DNA from: a virus
Virus record (IMG/VR): IMGVR_UViG_3300018081_000005
Reading direction: 5' to 3' (one strand)
Length of the DNA: 57,491 nucleotides
Position 1 is the first letter of the stretch. Each line of letters begins with the position of its first letter. This document shows positions 1 to 6,699 of this stretch, one piece after another. The position numbers and the translations under genes are program-made. Under the pieces are notes generated by a model that was not told where the DNA came from, did not search any database, and saw nothing but the letters and a program-made list of their open reading frames with translations.

Positions 1-123
1 GTCAGGATGGCATTCGCTTCCATTACTTGTCCTCACAACCACAAGTCCTGGTATGCCTATCCCCGTGCTTGCCATCCGGACCTAGCGGACGGTGCCGATC
101 GCATTCATCAATCAGCCGCTGTA
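1..123. repeat. Terminal direct repeat, copy 1 (identical to 57369-57491)
   Basis: Both window ends read gtcaggatggcattcgcttccattacttgt...catcaatcagccgctgta, 123/123 identical by eye. This implies a circular assembly overlap or a short terminal redundancy; unique length is 57,368 bp. Confidence 0.95.
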
Positions 124-238
124 ACCTTGCTATGTGATCGGATCTATCCGTTCTCTGTGAGAGTCCCATCCAGGTCTGGGCAATGCAAAGTGTCTCGCGC
201 AACATCTTGGGGCTATCGGAGACTCTCAGGATGGTCAT
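23..238 (-). CDS. Small Cys/His-rich protein (71 aa), C-terminus CDRHRPLGPDGKHGDRHTRTCGCEDK
   Basis: ORF track. ATGA start/stop overlap with ORF 235-816. Its stop overlaps (TAATG) the start of a small ORF across the circular junction (equivalent to 57391). Function unknown. Confidence 0.5.
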   Translation of the reverse strand: MTILRVSDSPKMLRETLCIAQTWMGLSQRTDRSDHIARLQRLIDECDRHRPLGPDGKHGDRHTRTCGCEDK

Positions 239-816
239 GTTCCCACCTGAGTCTTGGGGTCATATCCGCAGGAGTCCGGCGGAAGTTGGACTTCGCCATC
301 CTCCGTTCTCGGGTTGTCGATGGCGGCCGACATGTTACCGTCCACGCGGACTAGGCTACCCGGTTCCCAGTGGGGCGGCTCGCCCGGCTGACCAGTAGGG
401 ACCGCAACCCGATGGAGGTCATACTCCACCAGGACTATCCCGCACCATTCACATCGCTGGCGCATATACCGGCCGAACAACGTAAGCCAAGCGCCGGCTA
501 TATGTACCACGCCATCCTCGGGCGCCTTATCCCAAAGGCGCGGAGACGCCAGTTCACAGACGCAACCGTCGCCCTTTGCCCCCATACCGCGTGGGCCATC
601 TCCGTGGTACATGTCCCAATCATCTTTGCAGTATTGATTGTGTACCTTCCCCGGTTGCGGAGGGAATATGTCTGCAATGTTCGGTATCGGCCTGTTGGGA
701 TCACGCTTCTGCATCATGTCCCAGATAGGACTGTCTGGCGGGATCAATGGCGGTTCCAGATTGCTCAACGTAGCTCCCCCTACTTGGCGATGGCGCTGAA
801 TGCCGGTGGGCGACAC
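235..816 (-). CDS. Hypothetical Cys/Trp-rich protein; start uncertain (TTG 768 after GGGGGAG, or ATG 717)
   Basis: ORF track. The listed N-terminus overlaps the lipoprotein gene end (780). Contains CxC and CEWC pairs. No family recognised. Confidence 0.5.
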   Translation of the reverse strand: MSPTGIQRHRQVGGATLSNLEPPLIPPDSPIWDMMQKRDPNRPIPNIADIFPPQPGKVHNQYCKDDWDMYHGDGPRGMGAKGDGCVCELASPRLWDKAPEDGVVHIAGAWLTLFGRYMRQRCEWCGIVLVEYDLHRVAVPTGQPGEPPHWEPGSLVRVDGNMSAAIDNPRTEDGEVQLPPDSCGYDPKTQVGT

Positions 817-1523
817 TTCACGAATGGTCCCTGGAAGTATTCGCCGGTGAGATCCGGGACATCAAGCTTAGCGGAAGGGGCAAACACATCCGTACTCATG
901 GACATCGAAAACACATTGGTGTCCTGCCTAATGCGGCACATCATCCCGATCGTGGCGTCCTTTGGCTCGGCCAACTCGGCTAGACCAGGACCGCGCTCCA
1001 GTCGCGCACTCAACTCGAAGTTCATCACCGGCGGAGACGTAGCCTTTGGATCCCATTTGACGATAATGGTGGCCCGCCAAGGCGTGTTGCGAAGCGCGTT
1101 CCAAGGTGTCGTGTGACGAATCACGCCGGCGTCGGTCGTCTCAACAATTGGCGCCAATTGGATGACCGTTCCTGGTTGTCCGGATGCGGTCACGTATACA
1201 TACAGACTGACCGGGATGCAGTACTCCAGATCGAAGCGCTTCAGTTCACCGTGAGGGACGCGAACCGCATCAACCAAGAGAGTGTAGGTGGCGAAGCGCC
1301 AGCCGGCCTCGGCGCCTTCCAGCGGGACCTTTGGCGGAATGGGGTCCGCTGGCATTGGCATAGTGGAGCACCCTTGCTCCGGAATGACATCCTTGACCTT
1401 CTCGCCATAAGGGTTGAACCACTCATGGTACGGCCCCGGCTGGCTACCGGGAGTCTTGGGCGCCATGCACGACGCAACCGTTGCTAGCAGGATACAGATT
1501 GCAATTGCTCGGACTGATCTCAT
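780..1523 (-). CDS. Putative secreted lipoprotein
   Basis: N-terminus MRSVRAIAICILLATVASC has a basic n-region, hydrophobic core and lipobox-like V-A-S-C. GGAGG lies 6 nt upstream of the ATG. The mature part is beta-rich with no recognised family. Confidence 0.65.
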   Translation of the reverse strand: MRSVRAIAICILLATVASCMAPKTPGSQPGPYHEWFNPYGEKVKDVIPEQGCSTMPMPADPIPPKVPLEGAEAGWRFATYTLLVDAVRVPHGELKRFDLEYCIPVSLYVYVTASGQPGTVIQLAPIVETTDAGVIRHTTPWNALRNTPWRATIIVKWDPKATSPPVMNFELSARLERGPGLAELAEPKDATIGMMCRIRQDTNVFSMSMSTDVFAPSAKLDVPDLTGEYFQGPFVKCRPPAFSAIAK

Positions 1524-1653
1524 TTCCGGCCTCCAAGGGCTCCATATACCGCATTAACTGACGATCTAGCTCCGGTCCTTCGATGAGCGCCCGAACCGCT
1601 AGCCACAACAACAGCACTCCCATTGTATCCTACCTTCTGCGGGACTCTTGGGG

Positions 1654-1947
1654 CTATTCCTCCTCCTCCTGATTCTCCAGGCGATTGATGCCGGCGTCCA
1701 TGAGACCGCGCGCTCGGTACCAAGGGATCGAGCCGCCGCGATAGATGATGCCGTACGTCGTTTGGTCGTTGTCGCTGTCTTCCATGTCCGGCTTGATCTC
1801 GGCGGTAACGATGATCCAATCCACCATGGTCCCGCGCGGGTGATCCGGGTTCTCTTGGTACCAGACCGCGCTATGCGCCTCAATTGCCGCTTCGAGCGCT
1901 TCCAGCGCGGCCTTCTCTTCGGCGGACCTAGCCATTAGCTTCGCCAC
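1654..1947 (-). CDS. Hypothetical protein with poly-Glu C-terminus
   Basis: ORF track (97 aa). Balanced composition. Overlaps the upstream gene end by about 8-20 nt depending on which start is used. Confidence 0.5.
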   Translation of the reverse strand: MAKLMARSAEEKAALEALEAAIEAHSAVWYQENPDHPRGTMVDWIIVTAEIKPDMEDSDNDQTTYGIIYRGGSIPWYRARGLMDAGINRLENQEEEE

Positions 1948-2191
1948 CGGAGTTGTAGCACTTCTCGGCCGTCCCGACCTGCTGGTGGGGCATGAAGTGG
2001 CCGGTCAAGGTAACCGGCATGATCTGATTGCAGGCATAGCAAAGGACATGACGCGCGCCGGTCAACGACTGCATGTCCAATTGCGAGACCTTGATGGCAA
2101 GTTGCGCGAACTGCTTGCTGATCGAATCGAAATACGATTCCAGCTTGGAGAGTCTTGCTTGCATCTCCGCCATTCGGTCCACGTCAGTCAT
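1928..2191 (-). CDS. Hypothetical coiled-coil protein (87 aa from MTDVDRMAEMQ...)
   Basis: ORF 1928-2239 trimmed to ATG 2191, which is preceded by GGAAGGAA (2196-2203). The upstream part of the ORF lies inside a hairpin. Confidence 0.5.
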   Translation of the reverse strand: MTDVDRMAEMQARLSKLESYFDSISKQFAQLAIKVSQLDMQSLTGARHVLCYACNQIMPVTLTGHFMPHQQVGTAEKCYNSGGEANG

Positions 2192-2203
2192 ATCATTCCT
2201 TCC

Positions 2204-2240
2204 AATGAGGAGTGGGGCGGAGTGGCCGCCCCACCTCATT
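2204..2240 (-). terminator. GC-rich interrupted hairpin after the beta-helix gene
   Basis: aatgagg-agt-ggggcgg agtgg ccgcccc-a-cctcatt gives 7+7 bp arms with a small bulge. No U-tract follows, so terminator function is uncertain. Confidence 0.4.
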
Positions 2241-2255
2241 CCTATATGGTCGTGG

Positions 2256-3350
2256 TTAGCAGGGGATCGTGAGGTTGGTGTAGTTGTTGACCACGGAGTA
2301 GTCCGCGCTCACATCGGCCAGGCTGTTACCGGACCAGGTGATCCGGCCGCAGGGGTTCTCGATCAGCGTCGGGCCGGTGCCCGCACCCCATTCGTTGCGT
2401 GCAATGACATTCCCGGTAGCGACCGCGCCGGTGCCAGAGGCGCCACCGATCCGGAAGCTGTACGAACCGCCGACCAGAAGGTTGTCGAGGATCTGTGGCG
2501 CCGGACCGACGTCACCAGACCAGAAGATCGGTGAGGTAGATGGGGTCCCGCGCTGAGTCATCGTGTTATGCCGCAGGACCACGTTGGCGCCGGAGCCCAG
2601 CAACTGAACGCCATCGCTGTGGGCGCCTCCGGTGGGGTGCTGCTCCAGGAAGGAATCCGTCACGGAGATGTTGTTGCCCTCGACATCCACGCCATCGCCG
2701 CCGCTGAATGACTTCACGCGCAGCAGAGAGAAGTCGTGCCCTCCGAATGCGGACTCACGAGCGAACGGATTGGATCCCTTGGCTTGGACCGTCGTGTCCT
2801 CGAATGTCGCCGATCCGAACACCTGGACACCACCGAATTGACCGGCGTAGATGACGCTGTTGGTGATCTTGACGCCAGTCGCGTTCACCGTCAACCAGTT
2901 CGTGCCGTTGCAGTCGAAGAGCTTGTGATCGTAAACGGCATTGTTGGTATTCAGGACGCAGCCCTGCGCGGAAAGCGCATTCATCGCGCCGAGGTAGCCG
3001 GTGTTTGCCGCAGTGGGCCAAGTTGCGGGCGGCGGAGGGGGTGGCGGGGTTGTCGTCGGTGGCGCCGTTGTAGTGGGAGGCGGCGTGGTCGCAGTAGGCG
3101 TTGGGGTAGGCGCAGTGAGTCCGGCGATCACCTTGTCCTGAATGACGATGCATGCCTGCGCCGTTGCCGTCTCTTCCGGCGTAGTCGCGTAGACCAATTG
3201 CAATTCGCAGTTGTGGCGAAGCTGTTGCGCAAACAACAGATCTTCGGCCGGCGTCGCGGCGGATGCTCCACCCACATTCGCGAACAGACCGGCGAAGAGC
3301 GCCAGTACAGCAGCAATGAATGTCCATCGCCACTTGTTGGTTGACTTCAC
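2256..3350 (-). CDS. Secreted right-handed beta-helix protein (candidate glycan depolymerase/lyase) with Pro/Thr linker
   Basis: Start reassigned to GTG 3350 (AGGAG + 5 nt). The N-terminus VKSTNKWRWTFIAAVLALFAGLFANVGGASA|AT looks like a Sec signal. A small Cys-containing domain and the linker TAPTPTPTATTPPPTTTAPPTTTPPPPPPPA follow. Repeated N-x-[IV] rungs (ITNSVIY, NISVTDSF, NVVLRHNT, ILDNLLVGG, GNVIARN) are typical of parallel beta-helices. Confidence 0.7.
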   Translation of the reverse strand: MKSTNKWRWTFIAAVLALFAGLFANVGGASAATPAEDLLFAQQLRHNCELQLVYATTPEETATAQACIVIQDKVIAGLTAPTPTPTATTPPPTTTAPPTTTPPPPPPPATWPTAANTGYLGAMNALSAQGCVLNTNNAVYDHKLFDCNGTNWLTVNATGVKITNSVIYAGQFGGVQVFGSATFEDTTVQAKGSNPFARESAFGGHDFSLLRVKSFSGGDGVDVEGNNISVTDSFLEQHPTGGAHSDGVQLLGSGANVVLRHNTMTQRGTPSTSPIFWSGDVGPAPQILDNLLVGGSYSFRIGGASGTGAVATGNVIARNEWGAGTGPTLIENPCGRITWSGNSLADVSADYSVVNNYTNLTIPC

Positions 3351-3434
3351 TACATCTCCTTGTATCGGGGGATTGATCCGGGCCACTCCCGGTGCTATCA
3401 AAGCTATACTGCGACGCAGTTATGGCGCTAGCAA

Positions 3435-3728
3435 TCAAGCTAGGTCCGCTAACACAGTCAGGCTCATCATCCCATTGCTTGGAGCGGTAATGACCTCTCC
3501 TGCAACGGTAACCTGTACCTCCAACAGGAACCGCCCGGCTGGCAACAGGCCATCCAACGGCCAAACAACAACGTTACCGTCTAGCGTTGCATTATAGACA
3601 ATAGAGGCTCCGCCGAGGGATGGCCGCACATGGACCTTAGCAACGCCACCAGTTAGCGCTCTGGGAGGGTTCCCAATGGTAAGCCGGACGTCATGCTCAT
3701 CGCCCCGTTTGATCGTCAACTCATCCAC
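3435..3728 (-). CDS. Small all-beta protein (Ig-like?), function unknown
   Basis: ORF track (97 aa). Alternating hydrophobic pattern. 13-nt overlap with the upstream repeat-protein gene. Confidence 0.5.
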   Translation of the reverse strand: MDELTIKRGDEHDVRLTIGNPPRALTGGVAKVHVRPSLGGASIVYNATLDGNVVVWPLDGLLPAGRFLLEVQVTVAGEVITAPSNGMMSLTVLADLA

Positions 3729-4624
3729 GCCAAGCTCACCTCGTTATCATCCAACGTCAGGTCTGTAGGGGATCCGTCTGCCAGCGAGGCCTGATCGTCA
3801 ATCGCCAACGTTACAACATGGTCTGCTGCTAATCCTACGGGCGCGACCGGCGTCAACGTCACGACATAGTCCGTAGTCAACAAGACGGTCCCGATTACTG
3901 TTTCGCCGCCAGAAGCTGCAAATGCAGCGAGCCCAACTCCCAGATTGAATGCGGCGCTACCTTCAGCTACGCCTACACCAGGAGCGTTCCCGATTGCTGT
4001 CAACGTTATGTTGATCCCGGCCTGCGTCGTGCCGGACCCCTTAGCGCGTCCGGTCCCTGCAAGCGCAACCCCGAGAGTAACCGCTGCCGTCCCGCTAGCT
4101 CCACCTACAACGGGCGCAAGTCCGGTTGCTGCAATTGTTACGGTCATGCCTGTTGCAGCTGATCCCTTACCAATAGCCTTTCCTGCGGACAACAATCCAA
4201 CGGTGACACCAATTGCCGCGCTCCCCCGGCGCGTCGCCTTACCGATCGCCGCCAGTCCTACGTTGACAGCAATAGCGCTATTGCCCTTGACTAAAGCCTT
4301 ACCAGTCGCCGCCAACCCTATGGTGGTGCTTACTGCGGATGTACCGCGACCAATAGCCTTACCGGTAGCAGCAATGGTGAGCGTTAAACCTACAGCAACG
4401 GTTCCCTTACTGATTCGAGCGCCAGTTGCAGCCATACCAACATTGACGCCTATGGCTGCCGAACCGCTACCGATTGCAGATCCAACAGCGGCGCTTGATA
4501 TCTCCAAAGCCAGATCGGCGCTACCTACAAAAGTCGCTAACGCTGTGTATCCCCCACCGGGGCTCGGTCTGTTGCCCGGCCATGTAGCGCGTGGGCCAGA
4601 ACGGATACCCGCCTCGCGGGCCAT
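3716..4624 (-). CDS. Gly/Ala/Thr-rich protein built from about 8-9 tandem 20-residue repeats
   Basis: Repeats such as SKGTVAVGLTLTIAATGKAI, GRGTSAVSTTIGLAATGKAL, VKGNSAIAVNVGLAAIGKAT and RRGSAAIGVTVGLLSAGKAI. The same unit occurs in tail protein 37655-39712. TAATG coupling to the upstream gene. The N-terminal ~30 aa look off-composition, so the true start may be further in. Confidence 0.6.
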   Translation of the reverse strand: MAREAGIRSGPRATWPGNRPSPGGGYTALATFVGSADLALEISSAAVGSAIGSGSAAIGVNVGMAATGARISKGTVAVGLTLTIAATGKAIGRGTSAVSTTIGLAATGKALVKGNSAIAVNVGLAAIGKATRRGSAAIGVTVGLLSAGKAIGKGSAATGMTVTIAATGLAPVVGGASGTAAVTLGVALAGTGRAKGSGTTQAGINITLTAIGNAPGVGVAEGSAAFNLGVGLAAFAASGGETVIGTVLLTTDYVVTLTPVAPVGLAADHVVTLAIDDQASLADGSPTDLTLDDNEVSLAWMS

Positions 4625-5211
4625 TACACGCCTAGGTCTTCAAGCGTGTACTGTTGTAGCTGGAATGCATTCGTAGCTTGGCTATTGGAGCAAGCCACAA
4701 AGAAGTCGGCCATGTTCTGGATTGTGGAGTCGAACCCAGTCCCTTGCGCCGGCGTGGTCTCAGGCCCCAACAGCGTCGGATGGCCAATGGTGGTCACATC
4801 GGCGCCGGACACATCCACAATGGCACGGGAGGTGACGATGCCCTGGCCCATAAGCTTGGCCGTTGTTCCTGCACCTAGGACTTGCGCAGTCATGAGGATC
4901 TCGCCCCAGATAGGAACCGTGGTATGGGCGGTAGTTGAACACACTAGCGCGCCGGTAGAGAACGCTGCAATGGTAGATGTCGGACCTAGCCGGAACTCAA
5001 ACGTGAATGACGTTGGGCCGGTCACCACATTAGATATAGCACCAGCAAACGTCAACCGGAGTACACGGCCTTCGTACCAATCAGCCGGATCCATAGCCAC
5101 GCGCGCTTGCTCATTGAGCGCAGTAATGGCGGTGCTGAAGGTAGCGCGGTTAGGTCCGGCTGCGCGTAACGCTGCCAGAGTCCTTACATATCCAAGACCG
5201 CCCATGGGCAT
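4624..5211 (-). CDS. Hypothetical beta-rich protein (possible structural or host-recognition protein)
   Basis: ORF track (195 aa). Ser/Thr/Gly/Ala-rich, beta-like pattern. Translationally coupled to the repeat protein. No family recognised. Confidence 0.55.
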   Translation of the reverse strand: MPMGGLGYVRTLAALRAAGPNRATFSTAITALNEQARVAMDPADWYEGRVLRLTFAGAISNVVTGPTSFTFEFRLGPTSTIAAFSTGALVCSTTAHTTVPIWGEILMTAQVLGAGTTAKLMGQGIVTSRAIVDVSGADVTTIGHPTLLGPETTPAQGTGFDSTIQNMADFFVACSNSQATNAFQLQQYTLEDLGV

Positions 5212-5217
5212 ATCCGG

Positions 5218-5793
5218 TCACCATCCTTCGAACTTAGGCTTCGCCGTCGGTTGCGCCTTTGGCTTCGCAGCCTTACGCGCCTTCGGCTTAGTCTCCTCGG
5301 ACTCCGGGGACGGCTCCGGTTCATCCTCCGGAGAACCGAACATCTTGCCGAGAATGCCTTGCCATTTGGGCGCTTCAAATCCTACGTCCACACCAGTCCG
5401 GATTCCAATACGATCCAATCCCTGGGCCGCCGCTCTCAATTGCGTTTCGACCGGCACGCGCTCATCGGTAGCCAAACGCTTAATTGTTTCCGCGAAGTCA
5501 TCAGCGGCCAACGCGAGGGTCCGCTTAGCAGCATTGATTGTCTGCGGCGCACTACCACCATGGACTCCGCAGAAGTCCGTCCCGTGCGCCCCCCAACCCT
5601 CGCAAGGCCGGTATTGGCGCGCGTAGTCGGCATCAAGAATGGGGTCATCCTTGCGATGGATGCGCTCACCCTTCTCATACACGTCACTCTTGTAACGAAT
5701 GAGAGAGCGCCCCTGACAACGCTTGCGATGATTCCTTGGCGGTTTCGGAACGCCATTCGTAAGGGATACTGCATCGAGAGAGGGGTCCGACAC
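5218..5793 (-). CDS. Putative small terminase subunit / Zn-binding DNA-binding protein
   Basis: Cys/His cluster CEGWGAHGTDFCGVHGG is followed by a helical segment APQTINAAKRTL...AAQGLDRIGI and a Lys/Pro/Glu-rich tail. This resembles HGG-type small terminases as I recall them. It lies about 5.8 kb upstream of TerL in transcription order. Confidence 0.4.
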   Translation of the reverse strand: MSDPSLDAVSLTNGVPKPPRNHRKRCQGRSLIRYKSDVYEKGERIHRKDDPILDADYARQYRPCEGWGAHGTDFCGVHGGSAPQTINAAKRTLALAADDFAETIKRLATDERVPVETQLRAAAQGLDRIGIRTGVDVGFEAPKWQGILGKMFGSPEDEPEPSPESEETKPKARKAAKPKAQPTAKPKFEGW

Positions 5794-5794
5794 C

Positions 5795-6145
5795 CTATCC
5801 TCCCATCTCCGCTTCTGGAACAGGCATACCCTCAGCCCGTCCCGTATCCGACTCTCCCACGACGCTACTCACAAGCCCCGCCCACGCGCCGCTGCCGTCC
5901 TGAACCGCTCTGAGGCTATCCTGGACCGTAGTCAGCATGTCCTCCAAAGCCCTGGTGTCGGCAAACTGATCCCGCCTCCACTGGGCTAAGCGTAACTGAA
6001 GCTCACTTTGGCACCAAAGCAAAGTCTCTACCCGCCCGGCGAGGCGGCCGGCGTCAACCGAAGCGCTATCCAACCCACCAAGAACGTCGCCCAGATTACC
6101 CGCCACTCGGGCGGCGGCGACATCCTCAGTTTCTTCGCCCGACAT
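5795..6145 (-). CDS. Hypothetical helical protein
   Basis: ORF track (116 aa), acidic, helical. Its stop is adjacent to the TerS-like start. Confidence 0.5.
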   Translation of the reverse strand: MSGEETEDVAAARVAGNLGDVLGGLDSASVDAGRLAGRVETLLWCQSELQLRLAQWRRDQFADTRALEDMLTTVQDSLRAVQDGSGAWAGLVSSVVGESDTGRAEGMPVPEAEMGG

Positions 6146-6172
6146 ATCATCTCACCAACCTTACGGCGTCAA

Positions 6173-6430
6173 TTACGGCGTCGAGGTCCCGGCCTTGGGC
6201 TCTTGCGGTCCGAGCGTTCCCTCCCCTTGCGCATAGATCTCGCGCAACTGCGCCCCATTCGTAAACAGCTGGTTGCCATCCTCAGCACCGGCGCCAGCCT
6301 TAATCGCTTCGGCATCAGTCAGCCCGGTGATCCGCTTCGCCCCAACCGCGTCATCCGGGATCGGTACTCCAAACGGGTCGGGTAACACAGGCAGTCCAAA
6401 CTCGCTCTCAGTCCGGAAATCCCTAGCCAT
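6173..6430 (-). CDS. Hypothetical protein (85 aa from MARDFRTESEF...)
   Basis: ORF 6173-6454 trimmed to ATG 6430, which is preceded by GAGGAGGA + 4 nt. It is the first gene after the AT-rich island. Confidence 0.5.
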   Translation of the reverse strand: MARDFRTESEFGLPVLPDPFGVPIPDDAVGAKRITGLTDAEAIKAGAGAEDGNQLFTNGAQLREIYAQGEGTLGPQEPKAGTSTP

Positions 6431-6478
6431 TGCATCCTCCTCGTAACCAAACAAAACGACAAACGATCAACAACAACA

Positions 6479-6507
6479 ATCCTACTCTGACTAGGACAGT
6501 AGGACAG
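6479..6507 (-). promoter_or_regulatory. Candidate promoter (proximal): CTGTCC-17 nt-TAGGAT
   Basis: Minus strand reads CTACTGTCCTACTGTCCTAGTCAGAGTAGGAT. The -10-like TAGGAT (6484-6479) is preceded by GAG as in the early promoters. CTGTCC (6507-6502) lies exactly 17 nt upstream. Confidence 0.35.
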
Positions 6508-6555
6508 TAGAACGGTTCTTTTCGGAAACCCTCCCGTAAAGCGCGTCTCGCGTAG

Positions 6556-6571
6556 CGCGCGTATACGCGCG
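6556..6571. repeat. Perfect 16-bp palindrome CGCGCGTATACGCGCG
   Basis: Read directly. It is flanked by further CGCG(T/A) units (gcgcgtctcgcgtagcgcgcgtatacgcgcgtaacg). Confidence 0.9.
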
Positions 6572-6647
6572 TAACGATTGCATTCGTAACCCGTATATAC
6601 GTAGTAGTTTACTTTTAAGTGTTCTAGTATACTAACTGTACTAATAC

Positions 6648-6676
6648 CTTATATATATGGGAATGCAGTAGGACAG
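6648..6676 (-). promoter_or_regulatory. Candidate promoter (distal): CTGTCC-17 nt-TATAAG
   Basis: Second exact copy of CTGTCCTACTG (6676-6666). CTGTCC lies 17 nt upstream of a TA-rich hexamer (6653-6648). Confidence 0.3.
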
Positions 6677-6699
6677 ACAGCAGTACAGTAGTACGGTTT

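Larger units (their letters stand above)
6431..6699 (-). promoter_or_regulatory. AT-rich intergenic island at the early/late junction (candidate late promoter region, early terminator and/or origin)
   Basis: This is the only long AT-rich non-coding tract seen. It contains repeated CTGTCCTACTG boxes, a 16-bp palindrome and about 90 nt of TA-rich sequence (see findings). Confidence 0.55.

Noticed and set aside
370-1116. Long plus-strand ORFs throughout the window (for example 370-1116, 3945-4676, 4646-5626, 27816-28796, 42446-42976, 49831-50865, 53607-54467).
   Set aside because: Each lies antisense to a minus-strand ORF that has recognisable motifs or better composition. Their translations are Arg/Pro/Ser/Gly/Ala-rich, as expected for open antisense frames in GC-rich DNA. 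None has an RBS-like AGAGAGGGA/GGAGG context that I could see.
1444-1623. A 59-aa minus-strand ORF (MGVLLLWLAVRALIEGPELDRQL...) with a good RBS, in the gap upstream of the lipoprotein gene.
   Set aside because: It runs about 75 nt into the lipoprotein gene in another frame, and that gene has its own GGAGG and a textbook signal peptide. It is possibly real but I cannot support it. It is left as a note.
2755-3564. Alternative minus-strand ORFs overlapping better genes (2755-3564, 1520-1819, 1599-1883, 14237-14518, 33754-34287, 46268-46732, 48918-49265, 10035-10385 as listed).
   Set aside because: They have out-of-frame composition (Arg/Pro/Gly runs) and each overlaps a gene with motif support or clearly higher third-position G/C.
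3950-4500. A 60-nt periodic DNA repeat that could superficially suggest a CRISPR-like or satellite array.
   Set aside because: The period is an imperfect coding repeat (20-aa units) inside an intact ORF. There are no unique spacers, no leader and no cas genes.
3716-4624. A diversity-generating retroelement (template/variable repeat pair) between 3716-4624 and 38760-39060.
   Set aside because: No reverse transcriptase gene is present. Similarity is at the level of a degenerate protein repeat, not a near-identical template/variable repeat pair with adenine-specific differences.
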